A stretch of 64,000 bases of DNA from a virus. Of this stretch, positions 27,002 to 34,760 are shown piece after piece. The notes below the pieces were generated by a model. The model worked only from the letters and a program-made list of their open reading frames with translations, was not told the origin of the DNA and did no database searches. The position numbers and the translations under genes were made by a program. Location: positions 16,712 to 80,711 of IMG/VR virus record IMGVR_UViG_3300025930_000141; one strand, given 5' to 3'. Every line of letters starts with the position of its first letter. The stretch's first letter is position 1.

Positions 27002-27944
27002 GCTTACGAGACAATAGCAGGAGACCGGAGCCAGCAATTAGCAGACCCAGACCAACAAACAAAGACGTGTTGGCGGTATCTGACAAACCAGCATTCGGTA
27101 GGGACCGTGCTACAGGTGGTGCAAGTGCAGCGGGCGGCTTATGCCCACTTGGGTTATGCGGGGTATTTACCGGAGGCTTGGGCGACGGGTTATCTACCGG
27201 TGGCGTAGGCGTCGGTGTAGGAGTCGGTGTGTCGGTCGTGCAGGTCACACCGTCCGTCCAAGCATAGAAGGTAACCTCGTCAGAGGCTTCCTGGTCAGTT
27301 ACAGTTTCATCAAATGCTTCCTGGTCAACGATAACTTCGTCATATGCCTCCTGGTCTACAACCGTTTCATCATATGCATCTTGGCCCGGAGTAATCAATT
27401 CTCCGTGCTCGCGGTGGAACCAAGAAGAGTTACCGCTATTTCCATTACTGGAATTAAACGTGCCGTAAGTATCTTGGTCAGGACCGCCGTTTTCGTGAGG
27501 CCCCTGCCATGTGCCACGCTCATCATTGGGGAATTCAGGGGTGTAATCTTGTGGTCCATGAGTATAATTCGGGGACCAATTCCACCACAGGTCGGGGCCA
27601 TAAACAGCCGGTACCGCGTCGTGATGGATAACATGTGTTACCGCGTCGTGATGTACTGTATGCGTCACAGCGTCGTGATGTACAACGTGGGTGACTGCTG
27701 GGTGATGAACTGTCAAAACCCACGAGCGTGTAGTATCACACTCGTTGTCGGTGACAAAGGTAGAAACCTCGTCCTCGATTGCACCTTGCGGAACGTCGTT
27801 AGGGCTTGCAACCACAATTGGGTTACTAGCAGACTCACCGGGGACACCGGTTGCGTTGGCGGTGCTGAGCATTGCGCCCGCACCCAAAACAATACCGGCT
27901 ACCATAAGTACGGTCGCCAGTATTGTCGATAAAATCTTTGTCAT
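26994..27944 (-). CDS. LPXTG-type cell-wall-anchored surface protein
   Basis: signal peptide; HHDAVTH and DQEAYDE repeats; PT linker; LPNAG + TM + RKRA. Confidence 0.85.
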   Translation of the reverse strand: MTKILSTILATVLMVAGIVLGAGAMLSTANATGVPGESASNPIVVASPNDVPQGAIEDEVSTFVTDNECDTTRSWVLTVHHPAVTHVVHHDAVTHTVHHDAVTHVIHHDAVPAVYGPDLWWNWSPNYTHGPQDYTPEFPNDERGTWQGPHENGGPDQDTYGTFNSSNGNSGNSSWFHREHGELITPGQDAYDETVVDQEAYDEVIVDQEAFDETVTDQEASDEVTFYAWTDGVTCTTDTPTPTPTPTPPVDNPSPKPPVNTPHNPSGHKPPAALAPPVARSLPNAGLSDTANTSLFVGLGLLIAGSGLLLLSRKRA

Positions 27945-27976
27945 TTATTTACTTTCTGTTGTGTGCCGTTAAAGCG

Positions 27977-28049
27977 TGACCCCTCTCGGACTTGAACCGA
28001 GGACTCTTGGTTTAAAAGACCAGCACTCTACCAACTGAGTTAAGGGGTC
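27977..28049 (-). tRNA. tRNA-Lys(TTT)
   Basis: cloverleaf; loop CT-TTT-AA. Confidence 0.92.
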
Positions 28050-28077
28050 CTAGCGAGCCGGTCGGCTCGCGTCTTTT

Positions 28078-28197
28078 CTAAATGATGCTCGTGACATAGC
28101 AACTGCCGCCCAGATTGGCAATCCAATCATTCCGGCGACGAGTGTAACGCTCTTTCATGTAGTTATTCATTTCTACATTATAATTTGCGTATCCCAT
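28078..28197 (-). pseudogene. truncated HNH-endonuclease-like remnant
   Basis: YMKERYTRRRNDWIANLGGSC resembles HNH N-terminus but stops at 39 aa. Confidence 0.45.
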
Positions 28198-28198
28198 G

Positions 28199-28271
28199 TA
28201 CCCCTACCGAGGCTTGAACTCGGAACTTTCAGTTTAAGAGACTGCTACTCTACCAATTGAGTTATAGGGGC
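28199..28271 (-). tRNA. tRNA-Lys(CTT)
   Basis: cloverleaf; loop CT-CTT-AA. Confidence 0.92.
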
Positions 28272-28375
28272 AAAGATTAAAGGCTTTGCAAGGTGACTTT
28301 CTGGTTTAACCGCCAGAGCACCTTGGCGGGGAACAGCCGCCTGGTCCTTGTTCAAGGGAACATATTTTGCCTAAG

Positions 28376-28458
28376 TGACCATGGTGGGGTTCGAACCCAC
28401 AGTACCCATTCGGGACAGGTTAAGGGCCTGTTAGACTAGCCAATTGTCAAACACGGTC
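28376..28458 (-). tRNA. class II-body tRNA with CTT anticodon
   Basis: GACCGTG/CATGGTC; ACAGG-CCCTTAA-CCTGT; V arm CCC-GAAT-GGG. Confidence 0.7.
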
Positions 28459-28459
28459 A

Positions 28460-28535
28460 TGGGGTGACTAACGGGAATCGAACCCGCATATACTTGCACC
28501 ACAAGCAAGCGCATTACCAGTCTGCCATAGCCACC
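28460..28535 (-). tRNA. tRNA-His(GTG)
   Basis: G-1:C73, encoded CCA; loop TT-GTG-GT. Confidence 0.93.
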
Positions 28536-28821
28536 ATGGCCCGCCGAAGCGGGCATTTAATTAGAACCTACTTGCAATAGCAAGAATGATTACCACAATA
28601 AGGATAATCAATAGGATACCCCAAATACTCACGTACCTCACCACCTACCCTCAAGGGTAACAGGTGAGCGTTCAGTTGTCAAGCCGATGTTTTGGGCTTT
28701 CACAACCACAAGCATATACCCCATAAGTGTCAGACCACATGAGGTCGGGACATTTATCGTGGTCGTCGTCTAGGCAAAATACACAATGGGGCATTTCACC
28801 TTCATATAATTCATACATACG

Positions 28822-28894
28822 CGCCCCCGGCAGGATTCGAACCCGCGACCACTAGAGTAGAAAACTAGCACTCTGTCCACTGAGTTACGAGGGC
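28822..28894 (-). tRNA. tRNA-Arg(TCT)
   Basis: cloverleaf; loop TT-TCT-AC. Confidence 0.9.
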
Positions 28895-28895
28895 A

Positions 28896-29081
28896 TTACC
28901 AGCCAGCCCACTCTGCGCCCCCCCATTTGACCCAATCAATGTTTCCAGCCATTATGTCATCAACACAAGGCTTACATGCATCATAGGGAACGCGCTCGTT
29001 TTGTTTGTCTACCATTTCCAGTACACCGTCCGCTGGACGGGAATTGCAAATGTTACACCACTTAATTGCTCCTGGCATCAT
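28896..29081 (-). CDS. small Zn-finger-like protein
   Basis: CNIC...CKPC. Confidence 0.55.
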   Translation of the reverse strand: MMPGAIKWCNICNSRPADGVLEMVDKQNERVPYDACKPCVDDIMAGNIDWVKWGGAEWAGW

Positions 29082-29256
29082 TTTCTTATTTGTCTGTATT
29101 CGACTTCTGTTACTTCTACCGCTCCCTCGGTGCCGGTGGCGAATACGTCTCGCAAGGCGTCCAGAGCGTCGTCGTCGTCAAATGCTTCAATCTCGCACCA
29201 AACGGAAACCTTAAACTTGTACTTTTCCATGCTTCAATTGTAGCATAGATTGGGTC

Positions 29257-29631
29257 TTAGAGAAGTTCTCGACGCAAATCGTGGAACTTGTCTGCGTCAC
29301 CGTTGGCAATGGCGGTAAGCATGTCAATGGCCTGCTCGTTATTTGTGTCGTAAAACAACGACGACCATTCGTACCGGTCCAGACCAAGATAATCTCCCGC
29401 AGCGTAGTCAACGGCACTGAGAACAATTTGACCTTCCTGCTGCCATTGAACCGTACCGGCTACGCACATGGTCGTGTCACACAGATTTACCTGACCAGTG
29501 AAGTGTCGCAAATCTTCTACAGATGCGTCTTCCCAACTAACGAAATTGTTCTGGTCGTGACGCTCTGGGTACATACGAAGGTAATCGAGAGCCTGCTGGG
29601 CAACGCGCTTGGTGTTTTCTGTTACGTCCAT
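29257..29631 (-). CDS. hypothetical protein
   Basis: HDQ...CDTTMCVAG motif typical of actinophage proteins. Confidence 0.65.
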   Translation of the reverse strand: MDVTENTKRVAQQALDYLRMYPERHDQNNFVSWEDASVEDLRHFTGQVNLCDTTMCVAGTVQWQQEGQIVLSAVDYAAGDYLGLDRYEWSSLFYDTNNEQAIDMLTAIANGDADKFHDLRRELL

Positions 29632-29718
29632 TACTTACTCCTAGATAGGCCGAACCAACGTGGTCCGTGTTTGTAACAATACTTTTCTGGATATGCGATA
29701 AAGATGTTAATGTTCATG

Positions 29719-29791
29719 TACCCTCGACAGGATTCGAACCTGCGACCTCTTCGTCCGTAGCGAAGCGTTCTATCCACTGAACTACGAGGGC
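29719..29791 (-). tRNA. tRNA-Arg(ACG)
   Basis: cloverleaf; loop CT-ACG-GA. Confidence 0.93.
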
Positions 29792-29795
29792 ATGT

Positions 29796-29901
29796 ATTCG
29801 GATATGGTACGAAGTCGATAGGACACCAGTCCCAAATAGGCAGGAATCGAACCTGGCCTCGCTAACTTTGGCAACGATAAACGACTATCATCGACCCGAA
29901 T
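29796..29901 (-). ncRNA. Y-RNA-like copy 2 (with T-arm)
   Basis: CGGGTCGA...CGTTTATC...CAGG-TTCGATT-CCTG...CATATCCG. Confidence 0.75.
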
Positions 29902-29912
29902 TAAGTATTAAA

Positions 29913-30029
29913 TTAGCAGGAATGGCAAGGCCAGTTTGTGTCTACCCTGGCCTCAGATGGAGCGGCGACAGCGCCGACCAGTCCAAGTGCCATTACAGCG
30001 GCGGCAAGCGCGCCAGCAATTCTCTTCAT
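29913..30029 (-). CDS. 38-aa secreted peptide precursor
   Basis: GGAGG RBS; signal peptide + RVDTNWPCHSC. Confidence 0.7.
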   Translation of the reverse strand: MKRIAGALAAAVMALGLVGAVAAPSEARVDTNWPCHSC

Positions 30030-30050
30030 TGCAACCTCCCGTGATAAGGT

Positions 30051-30156
30051 TGGGCATAATTGTAATCGGAATTTAAGTCTACTTTGCGCTTGGAGGCGCA
30101 CGTGCTATTTACACCAATAGGGAAGTCCCCATAGATAACCGATATACTTCGGCCCA
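30051..30156 (-). ncRNA. Y-RNA-like copy 3
   Basis: TGGGCCGA...CGGTTATC...CCGAT...TATGCCCA. Confidence 0.75.
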
Positions 30157-30157
30157 G

Positions 30158-30228
30158 AGCGGGTACGGAGAATCGAACTCCGGTAATCTGATTGGAAGTC
30201 AGGAGCACTACCATTGTGCTATACCCGC
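30158..30228 (-). tRNA. tRNA-Gly(TCC)
   Basis: GCGGGTA/TACCCGC U73; loop CT-TCC-AA. Confidence 0.93.
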
Positions 30229-30229
30229 G

Positions 30230-30301
30230 TAGCGCCACTGGGACTTGGACCCAGTTTTCTCGGGCTTCAACCGAGCGCATATCCATACATGCTCTGACGC
30301 C
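30230..30301 (-). tRNA. tRNA-Phe(GAA)
   Basis: loop TT-GAA-GC; T-loop TCCAAGT. Confidence 0.82.
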
Positions 30302-30350
30302 TTGGCTGTACCCGGCCCCACATTTGCTCGATGAGGCCGGGTACAATGCA

Positions 30351-30379
30351 ATTGTAACAGGTCAGACTGAGCGTGTCAA
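30351..30379 (-). promoter_or_regulatory. SigA-type promoter
   Basis: TTGACA-17-TACAAT. Confidence 0.8.
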
Positions 30380-30593
30380 GTCTACGACCCACTCTTCTAA
30401 CTTGCTGTCAATGTAATAAAGAACTTGGTCCTTTATCTCAAATTTACCGTCACGATGGTCGTACAGGTCGCCCTGTCTGACACCCCAATAAACCGGGACC
30501 CTCACAAAAGTGCTCCAATTACTAGTGCACACAAGAGCAATAGCACAAACAGGAATAATCCGAAGTCTGCTAGAAACTCAATTATGTTGTCTA

Positions 30594-31589
30594 TCATGCC
30601 TTGATAAGCAGTCTCGTGTTTGGCATCAGGTTACGGTTAATCGAGGTTGACTGAACGAAAATGTCGTAGTCCGGGTTGTAATCGGGCTTTACCCGTACCG
30701 TGTGGCTTGGTAGGCCAATAAGGTCACGAGCATTCTGACCACCATAAGCCTTACCGGTAGACTTCTCTACTACGATAATAGACTTCTGTGGCTGAATGTT
30801 TTCAGTCTTTGTCAACTGGTAGTAACCCATACCCTTGGAGTAGGCGTAACCCAGGCGACGAACAAAGTCGTCAATGCGGGTCTTGGAGTCTACGTTGTAG
30901 AACTCATAACCATCCAAAGGCTGTAGGTTCTTAACCGTTGCCTTGTTTACCGCATCTGCGCCTGTCGAGAAGACGGCGCGCGAGCCACGTACACCGCTGG
31001 CACGGTTTGTCATGAAGTTGTCTGTGGCCGTACGGATGGTGCTGACGGCCTCAACAATTCCAGTGGCACTAGTGGTGTCCCAAATTGCTACGGAGCCTGC
31101 ATCGGCCCCCAGACGGCTCACATAGGCCTGTCCTGACCTGTCAGGCACCAGCCAACCGATGGTCCAGTTGTCTGCTGCGCGGTTTAGCATGTTTGCCAGG
31201 TCGTGAGCGCTGTGACGCGAGCGGTTTTCCTGTCCGTCGGTTAGGACGAATGTCAGGAATGCGTGGTCACCATAAAGTTGGCTGGTCGTAGCCAAGTCCT
31301 GCTGGCTCTTGATGGTTGCGTCAATAAGGGCGGTAAGTCCTCGGACGTTGTAAAGGTCACTAATCGACGGTAGACGCATTACGTCCATATCGAAGATTAG
31401 GCACTCTACGTTATCGTGGAACAGATATACGCTGACTCGCGTCTCTTGTTGCAATTCTTCGCTTCTCAGAGCGAGGTAACGAATCTGTTCGTCGGCTACC
31501 TGGATTAACTTGCTTCTGTGGCTCGTCATGCTGGAACTACCGTCCAGCACGAGCGCCACGTGATTAATTAGTCGTTGTGCTTTGTGCAT
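30594..31589 (-). CDS. vWA (MIDAS) domain protein
   Basis: VLDGSSSM, TALIDA, LTDGQEN. Confidence 0.85.
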   Translation of the reverse strand: MHKAQRLINHVALVLDGSSSMTSHRSKLIQVADEQIRYLALRSEELQQETRVSVYLFHDNVECLIFDMDVMRLPSISDLYNVRGLTALIDATIKSQQDLATTSQLYGDHAFLTFVLTDGQENRSRHSAHDLANMLNRAADNWTIGWLVPDRSGQAYVSRLGADAGSVAIWDTTSATGIVEAVSTIRTATDNFMTNRASGVRGSRAVFSTGADAVNKATVKNLQPLDGYEFYNVDSKTRIDDFVRRLGYAYSKGMGYYQLTKTENIQPQKSIIVVEKSTGKAYGGQNARDLIGLPSHTVRVKPDYNPDYDIFVQSTSINRNLMPNTRLLIKA

Positions 31590-31681
31590 TAATTTCTCCT
31601 ATGGCCCCTTCGACAAGAGGAACATTACTAGAACGAGCGCCACTGTCAGCAGATATGCGACAACAGCAATTTCCGTGCCGC

Positions 31682-31903
31682 TCAAAACTTGAGCGCAACA
31701 CCAACAATTACTGCTAGTACACACAGAATGGGGAAGAACGGAATGAAACTGGCTAGAAACAGAAACAGTAACGAACCGCCACCCGCAACCATAAGGCCGG
31801 TGCCGACCCCTGACTTTGATGACTTCTCGACTTCATAAGAGTCTCGCTTGGTAATTGACATTGCTTTCCTAACTATCGAAGTTGCATTGTTTTGTACACT
31901 CAT
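31682..31903 (-). CDS. small membrane protein
   Basis: two TM segments; start uncertain. Confidence 0.5.
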   Translation of the reverse strand: MSVQNNATSIVRKAMSITKRDSYEVEKSSKSGVGTGLMVAGGGSLLFLFLASFIPFFPILCVLAVIVGVALKF

Positions 31904-31950
31904 TATACCAGAAGAGGGGCACTTTTTTCAAGTGCCCCTCTCTGGATTTG

Positions 31951-33549
31951 TCAGACTCGACCAGCGAAGAAGTTAGCCATTACGCTAGGCGTAGATGAGT
32001 CGAAACCTACTACGTCGAGCATACCGGCGTCCTTCGGGTCTGCCACGGTGAAGCCTGTTGAGACCATACCTACAGAAACTAGGCGGGCGTTGCGGCCACG
32101 AGAGTCGCGGTACTGCTTAAGTGCGACATTTGGCTTAACGCTACCGGCCCACGTCTCGTTGTCGGTGTAAACCGCGAAAGCATCAACATCAATACCCTTG
32201 CTCTTGGCGTAAACCATTGGCTGGGCAATGTCGGTGCCACCGAACGACAAACCGCTGACCTTACGGAGCACGGTTTCGAACGAATCGGCGTCACCGATGT
32301 TCAGGGTTACCAACGAAGTCGTGAAGGCGTTAACCACAACGTAAGGCTCGGTGCGCACGGTGACCATAGCCATGAGCGCAGCGGCCTCTCGACAGTTAAG
32401 ACCAACGAGGCCAGCAGGGGCGTACATGGTCATAGAACCTGAAACGTCAAGGCTTACCATGGTTGGAACACCGGCAGGCTCGACGGTCTTGAAGGACTCA
32501 TAGAATCCAGACTCAAGAGCGCCCAAAACCTTAGCGTTCATACCACGGTGCTGCTTACCGAGGATACCGCGAGCGTTGGCGTACTGGACTGGGTGTACCC
32601 GGCCCTTTACGATACGCTCGCCGTCAGCAAGAGCAATAGCCACGTCGCCTGCGAACTTAACGTCCTTGAAAGCACCAATCTCTTCGAACCGCTTGAGGTT
32701 ACGAATGAGAGCGGTCTGACCTAGAGCGCCGTTGTAGAAAAGCGTCTTCCATACGTCAGGGTCCTTAAGGAACTGGGTAGGAATGGTTTCCCAAGGAAGA
32801 GCCTTGTACGTGTTAAGAACGCGCACAACTTCCTTGGCGCTTGTGGTGCGCTGCATGGCCTTGAAACCGTCGATAATTTCCGGCGTGTTTTCAATCTCGG
32901 CACGGTCGGCCTTGATAGGCCCGCCAAGAACAAAGTCACCAATGCTAACGTTTACGCCCTTAGGGTGAGCAAGACGGAATACGTCGCGGTGCGTCCAACC
33001 GTCGCGCTGGCGGTACTTGACTACCTGATAAGCCAACTGGTTGTCGTCCTTAGACGTGTACCAGTCTGCAAGGCTACCGCGCTTTGCGCGACCAAGGCCA
33101 CCCAAGTCCTTAAGGTACTGTGCGTACTCGAAAAGGTGGGTACCGGTGCGGGCAACCTTAGGGACAAGCGCCCGAACGGCAGCCTTGTTCTCAGCGTTGT
33201 GCATGAGCAAGGCTAGCACGAAAAGGCTAGGGCTGTTCTTAGGTGCGCGGTTTTCGTCAGCGACAGCGCGGAGCGTGTCGATAACCAACTGCTCGTCAGA
33301 CTTGATAAGTGCGAGGACGAACTTAGCGTTGTCCTTGGTCAACTTACGCTCTGAGACGTAGTAGGTACCGCCGTCCGTACCAAGAATCAGGAATCGCTCA
33401 AGGCGAACCTGCGGCGTAACACCGAATACAAAACCTCCGGCGTTGTTACGTACCTCGTCGGTACGTCCAGGGGTACGCTTGTTCTGAGGCGTACCGTTGT
33501 AACGAGTGTTTGCGATTTCACCCGTTAAGTTCTTTAATGCGTTCTTCAT
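31951..33549 (-). CDS. rsr: Ro60/TROVE RNA-binding protein
   Basis: NNAGGFVF, RFLILGTDGGTYY, KYRQRDGWTHRD, LPWE, ALIRNL, RVHP, vWA DVSGSM, TDNETW, GFDS. Confidence 0.95.
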   Translation of the reverse strand: MKNALKNLTGEIANTRYNGTPQNKRTPGRTDEVRNNAGGFVFGVTPQVRLERFLILGTDGGTYYVSERKLTKDNAKFVLALIKSDEQLVIDTLRAVADENRAPKNSPSLFVLALLMHNAENKAAVRALVPKVARTGTHLFEYAQYLKDLGGLGRAKRGSLADWYTSKDDNQLAYQVVKYRQRDGWTHRDVFRLAHPKGVNVSIGDFVLGGPIKADRAEIENTPEIIDGFKAMQRTTSAKEVVRVLNTYKALPWETIPTQFLKDPDVWKTLFYNGALGQTALIRNLKRFEEIGAFKDVKFAGDVAIALADGERIVKGRVHPVQYANARGILGKQHRGMNAKVLGALESGFYESFKTVEPAGVPTMVSLDVSGSMTMYAPAGLVGLNCREAAALMAMVTVRTEPYVVVNAFTTSLVTLNIGDADSFETVLRKVSGLSFGGTDIAQPMVYAKSKGIDVDAFAVYTDNETWAGSVKPNVALKQYRDSRGRNARLVSVGMVSTGFTVADPKDAGMLDVVGFDSSTPSVMANFFAGRV

Positions 33550-33596
33550 TTTGTTTCCTTTCGTCCCGGTCGTTTCGGGAATGTTATATTAACGAC

Positions 33597-33686
33597 TGGC
33601 GGCTACTGTAGGATTCGAACCCACGGAAGGTTTTACCCTTCGCTTGTTTTCAAGACAAGTGCAATCGCCCACTCTGCCAAGTAGCC
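33597..33686 (-). tRNA. tRNA-Ser(TGA)
   Basis: long V arm, G73-CCA; loop CT-TGA-AA. Confidence 0.93.
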
Positions 33687-33690
33687 GAGT

Positions 33691-33833
33691 ATGCTGGATA
33701 TAAGTGCGAAATCGGGGTTTAACGGCGGCTTTACCATTTGCCTATACCCCACATGAATTGGGTGGGGCAACAGGATTCGAACCTGCATTCACCGGCTCCA
33801 AAGGCGATAACCGATATTCAATCGACCCAGCAT
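33691..33833 (-). ncRNA. yrlA: YrlA-type Y RNA (copy 4) with full tRNA-like domain
   Basis: closing stem ATGCTGG/CCAGCAT; T-arm, closed acceptor hairpin, D-arm TAGGCAAATGGTAAAGCC; adjacent to Ro60. Confidence 0.85.
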
Positions 33834-33842
33834 TAAGTTGTG

Positions 33843-33958
33843 TACCGAATATGTTATTGCAACGGAGTTTTTACTATATAGCATACAGCACACCGACAGG
33901 GCCGGTGTATTGGATTTGAACCAATGATTTCCGATAACCGTTAACATTCGACTCGGTA
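33843..33958 (-). ncRNA. Y-RNA-like copy 5 (T-arm + acceptor hairpin)
   Basis: TACCGAGTCGA...CGGTTATC...ATTGG-TTCAAAT-CCAAT...CATATTCGGTA. Confidence 0.8.
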
Positions 33959-33961
33959 TAG

Positions 33962-34035
33962 TAGCGGAGACGGGATTTGAACCCGCGTTGTCAGGATTAT
34001 GAGCCCTGTGTTTAACCGAACTAAACTACTCCGCG
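33962..34035 (-). tRNA. initiator tRNA-fMet(CAT)
   Basis: C1 unpaired, GGG in anticodon stem, loop CT-CAT-AA. Confidence 0.88.
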
Positions 34036-34037
34036 AG

Positions 34038-34110
34038 TGGGCCGTATAGGATTCGAACCTATGACTTCTTCGGTGTAAACGAAGCACTCTAACCACTGAG
34101 TTAACAGCCC
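34038..34110 (-). tRNA. tRNA-Val(TAC)
   Basis: cloverleaf; loop TT-TAC-AC. Confidence 0.93.
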
Positions 34111-34114
34111 ATGG

Positions 34115-34225
34115 TACCGGACATAAGGTTGAAATCGAGCGTTTTGACTGGGGACCGCCCCATGCACGAGTCGAACGTGCCCGACCTTATATTCAGTAAG
34201 ATAACCGATTTCATTCGGCCCGGTA
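34115..34225 (-). ncRNA. Y-RNA-like copy 6 (T-arm)
   Basis: TACCGGGCCGA...CGGTTATC...GCACG-TTCGACT-CGTGC...TATGTCCGGTA. Confidence 0.8.
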
Positions 34226-34235
34226 TTTAGTTTTG

Positions 34236-34309
34236 AGAGGATATGTGGTCGGCATCGTGTTTATGGTTAATTGCAATATAATTAGATAAACGATACCGTT
34301 CGACCCTCT
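34236..34309 (-). ncRNA. Y-RNA-like copy 7 (short, AU-rich apex)
   Basis: AGAGGGTCGA...CGTTTATC...CGATGCCG...CATATCCTCT. Confidence 0.75.
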
Positions 34310-34312
34310 TTG

Positions 34313-34387
34313 CGACCTTGAAGGGATTTGAACCCTCGGCTTCTAGCGTGACGGGCTAGCACTCTAACCAGACTGAGTTACAAGGCC
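34313..34387 (-). tRNA. tRNA-Asp(GTC)
   Basis: G73; loop CC-GTC-AC. Confidence 0.92.
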
Positions 34388-34399
34388 ATGTTAATTTAG

Positions 34400-34464
34400 A
34401 GCGAATATGTGGTTGACCAACGGGGGTTCATTGTTGTAAGATAACCGTCAATCTTCGACTCGCT
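34400..34464 (-). ncRNA. Y-RNA-like copy 8 (minimal)
   Basis: AGCGAGTCGA...CGGTTATC...CCGTTG...CATATTCGCT. Confidence 0.75.
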
Positions 34465-34544
34465 TGGTAGGGCAGACAGGAGTTGAACCTGCGTGTCACC
34501 AGTTACCCTTTCTACTCGTTATCAGCGAGAGGGGATACTGCCCT
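34465..34544 (-). tRNA. atypical D-armless tRNA-Ile(GAT)-like
   Basis: AGGGCAG/CTGCCCT-A-CCA; CTCG-CTGATAA-CGAG; AACTGG in variable region; canonical T-arm. Confidence 0.7.
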
Positions 34545-34686
34545 ATAAAGTCACTTTGGAGTGACTTCGGTGTGAGTGTCGCAACACTCCATATTCATAC
34601 CGCCGCCAGCAGATTCGCCGTCGCCGCTATGCGGCATTGGCTGTGGTGCTGGTCCTGGTATGCCATTACTATTGATTGCCATAACG

Positions 34687-34760
34687 TCGGCGTGACAGGA
34701 ATTGAACCTGCGACCCCTTGGACCCAAACCAAGTGCGCTCCCAAACTGCGCCACACGCCG
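34687..34760 (-). tRNA. tRNA-Pro(TGG)
   Basis: CGGCGTG/CACGCCG; loop TT-TGG-GT. Confidence 0.93.

Noticed and set aside
28376-28458. Ochre (TTA) suppressor tRNA
   Set aside because: The 5-bp stem leaves a 7-nt loop CCCTTAA whose central triplet is CTT; no evidence of stop-codon recoding, since ORFs end normally in TAA/TAG/TGA
30026-30346. Minus-strand ORFs 30026-30346, 9618-9869, 19855-20139 and the 5' extensions of 34551-34754 and 34761-35165
   Set aside because: They run through tRNA, Y-RNA or structured-RNA genes and are best explained as chance frames
33691-34464. Possible CRISPR array (repeated gataaccg motif) with the Cas4-like gene
   Set aside because: Repeats are short, degenerate, irregularly spaced and belong to folded RNAs; the Cas4-like gene is a solo exonuclease in the recombination block
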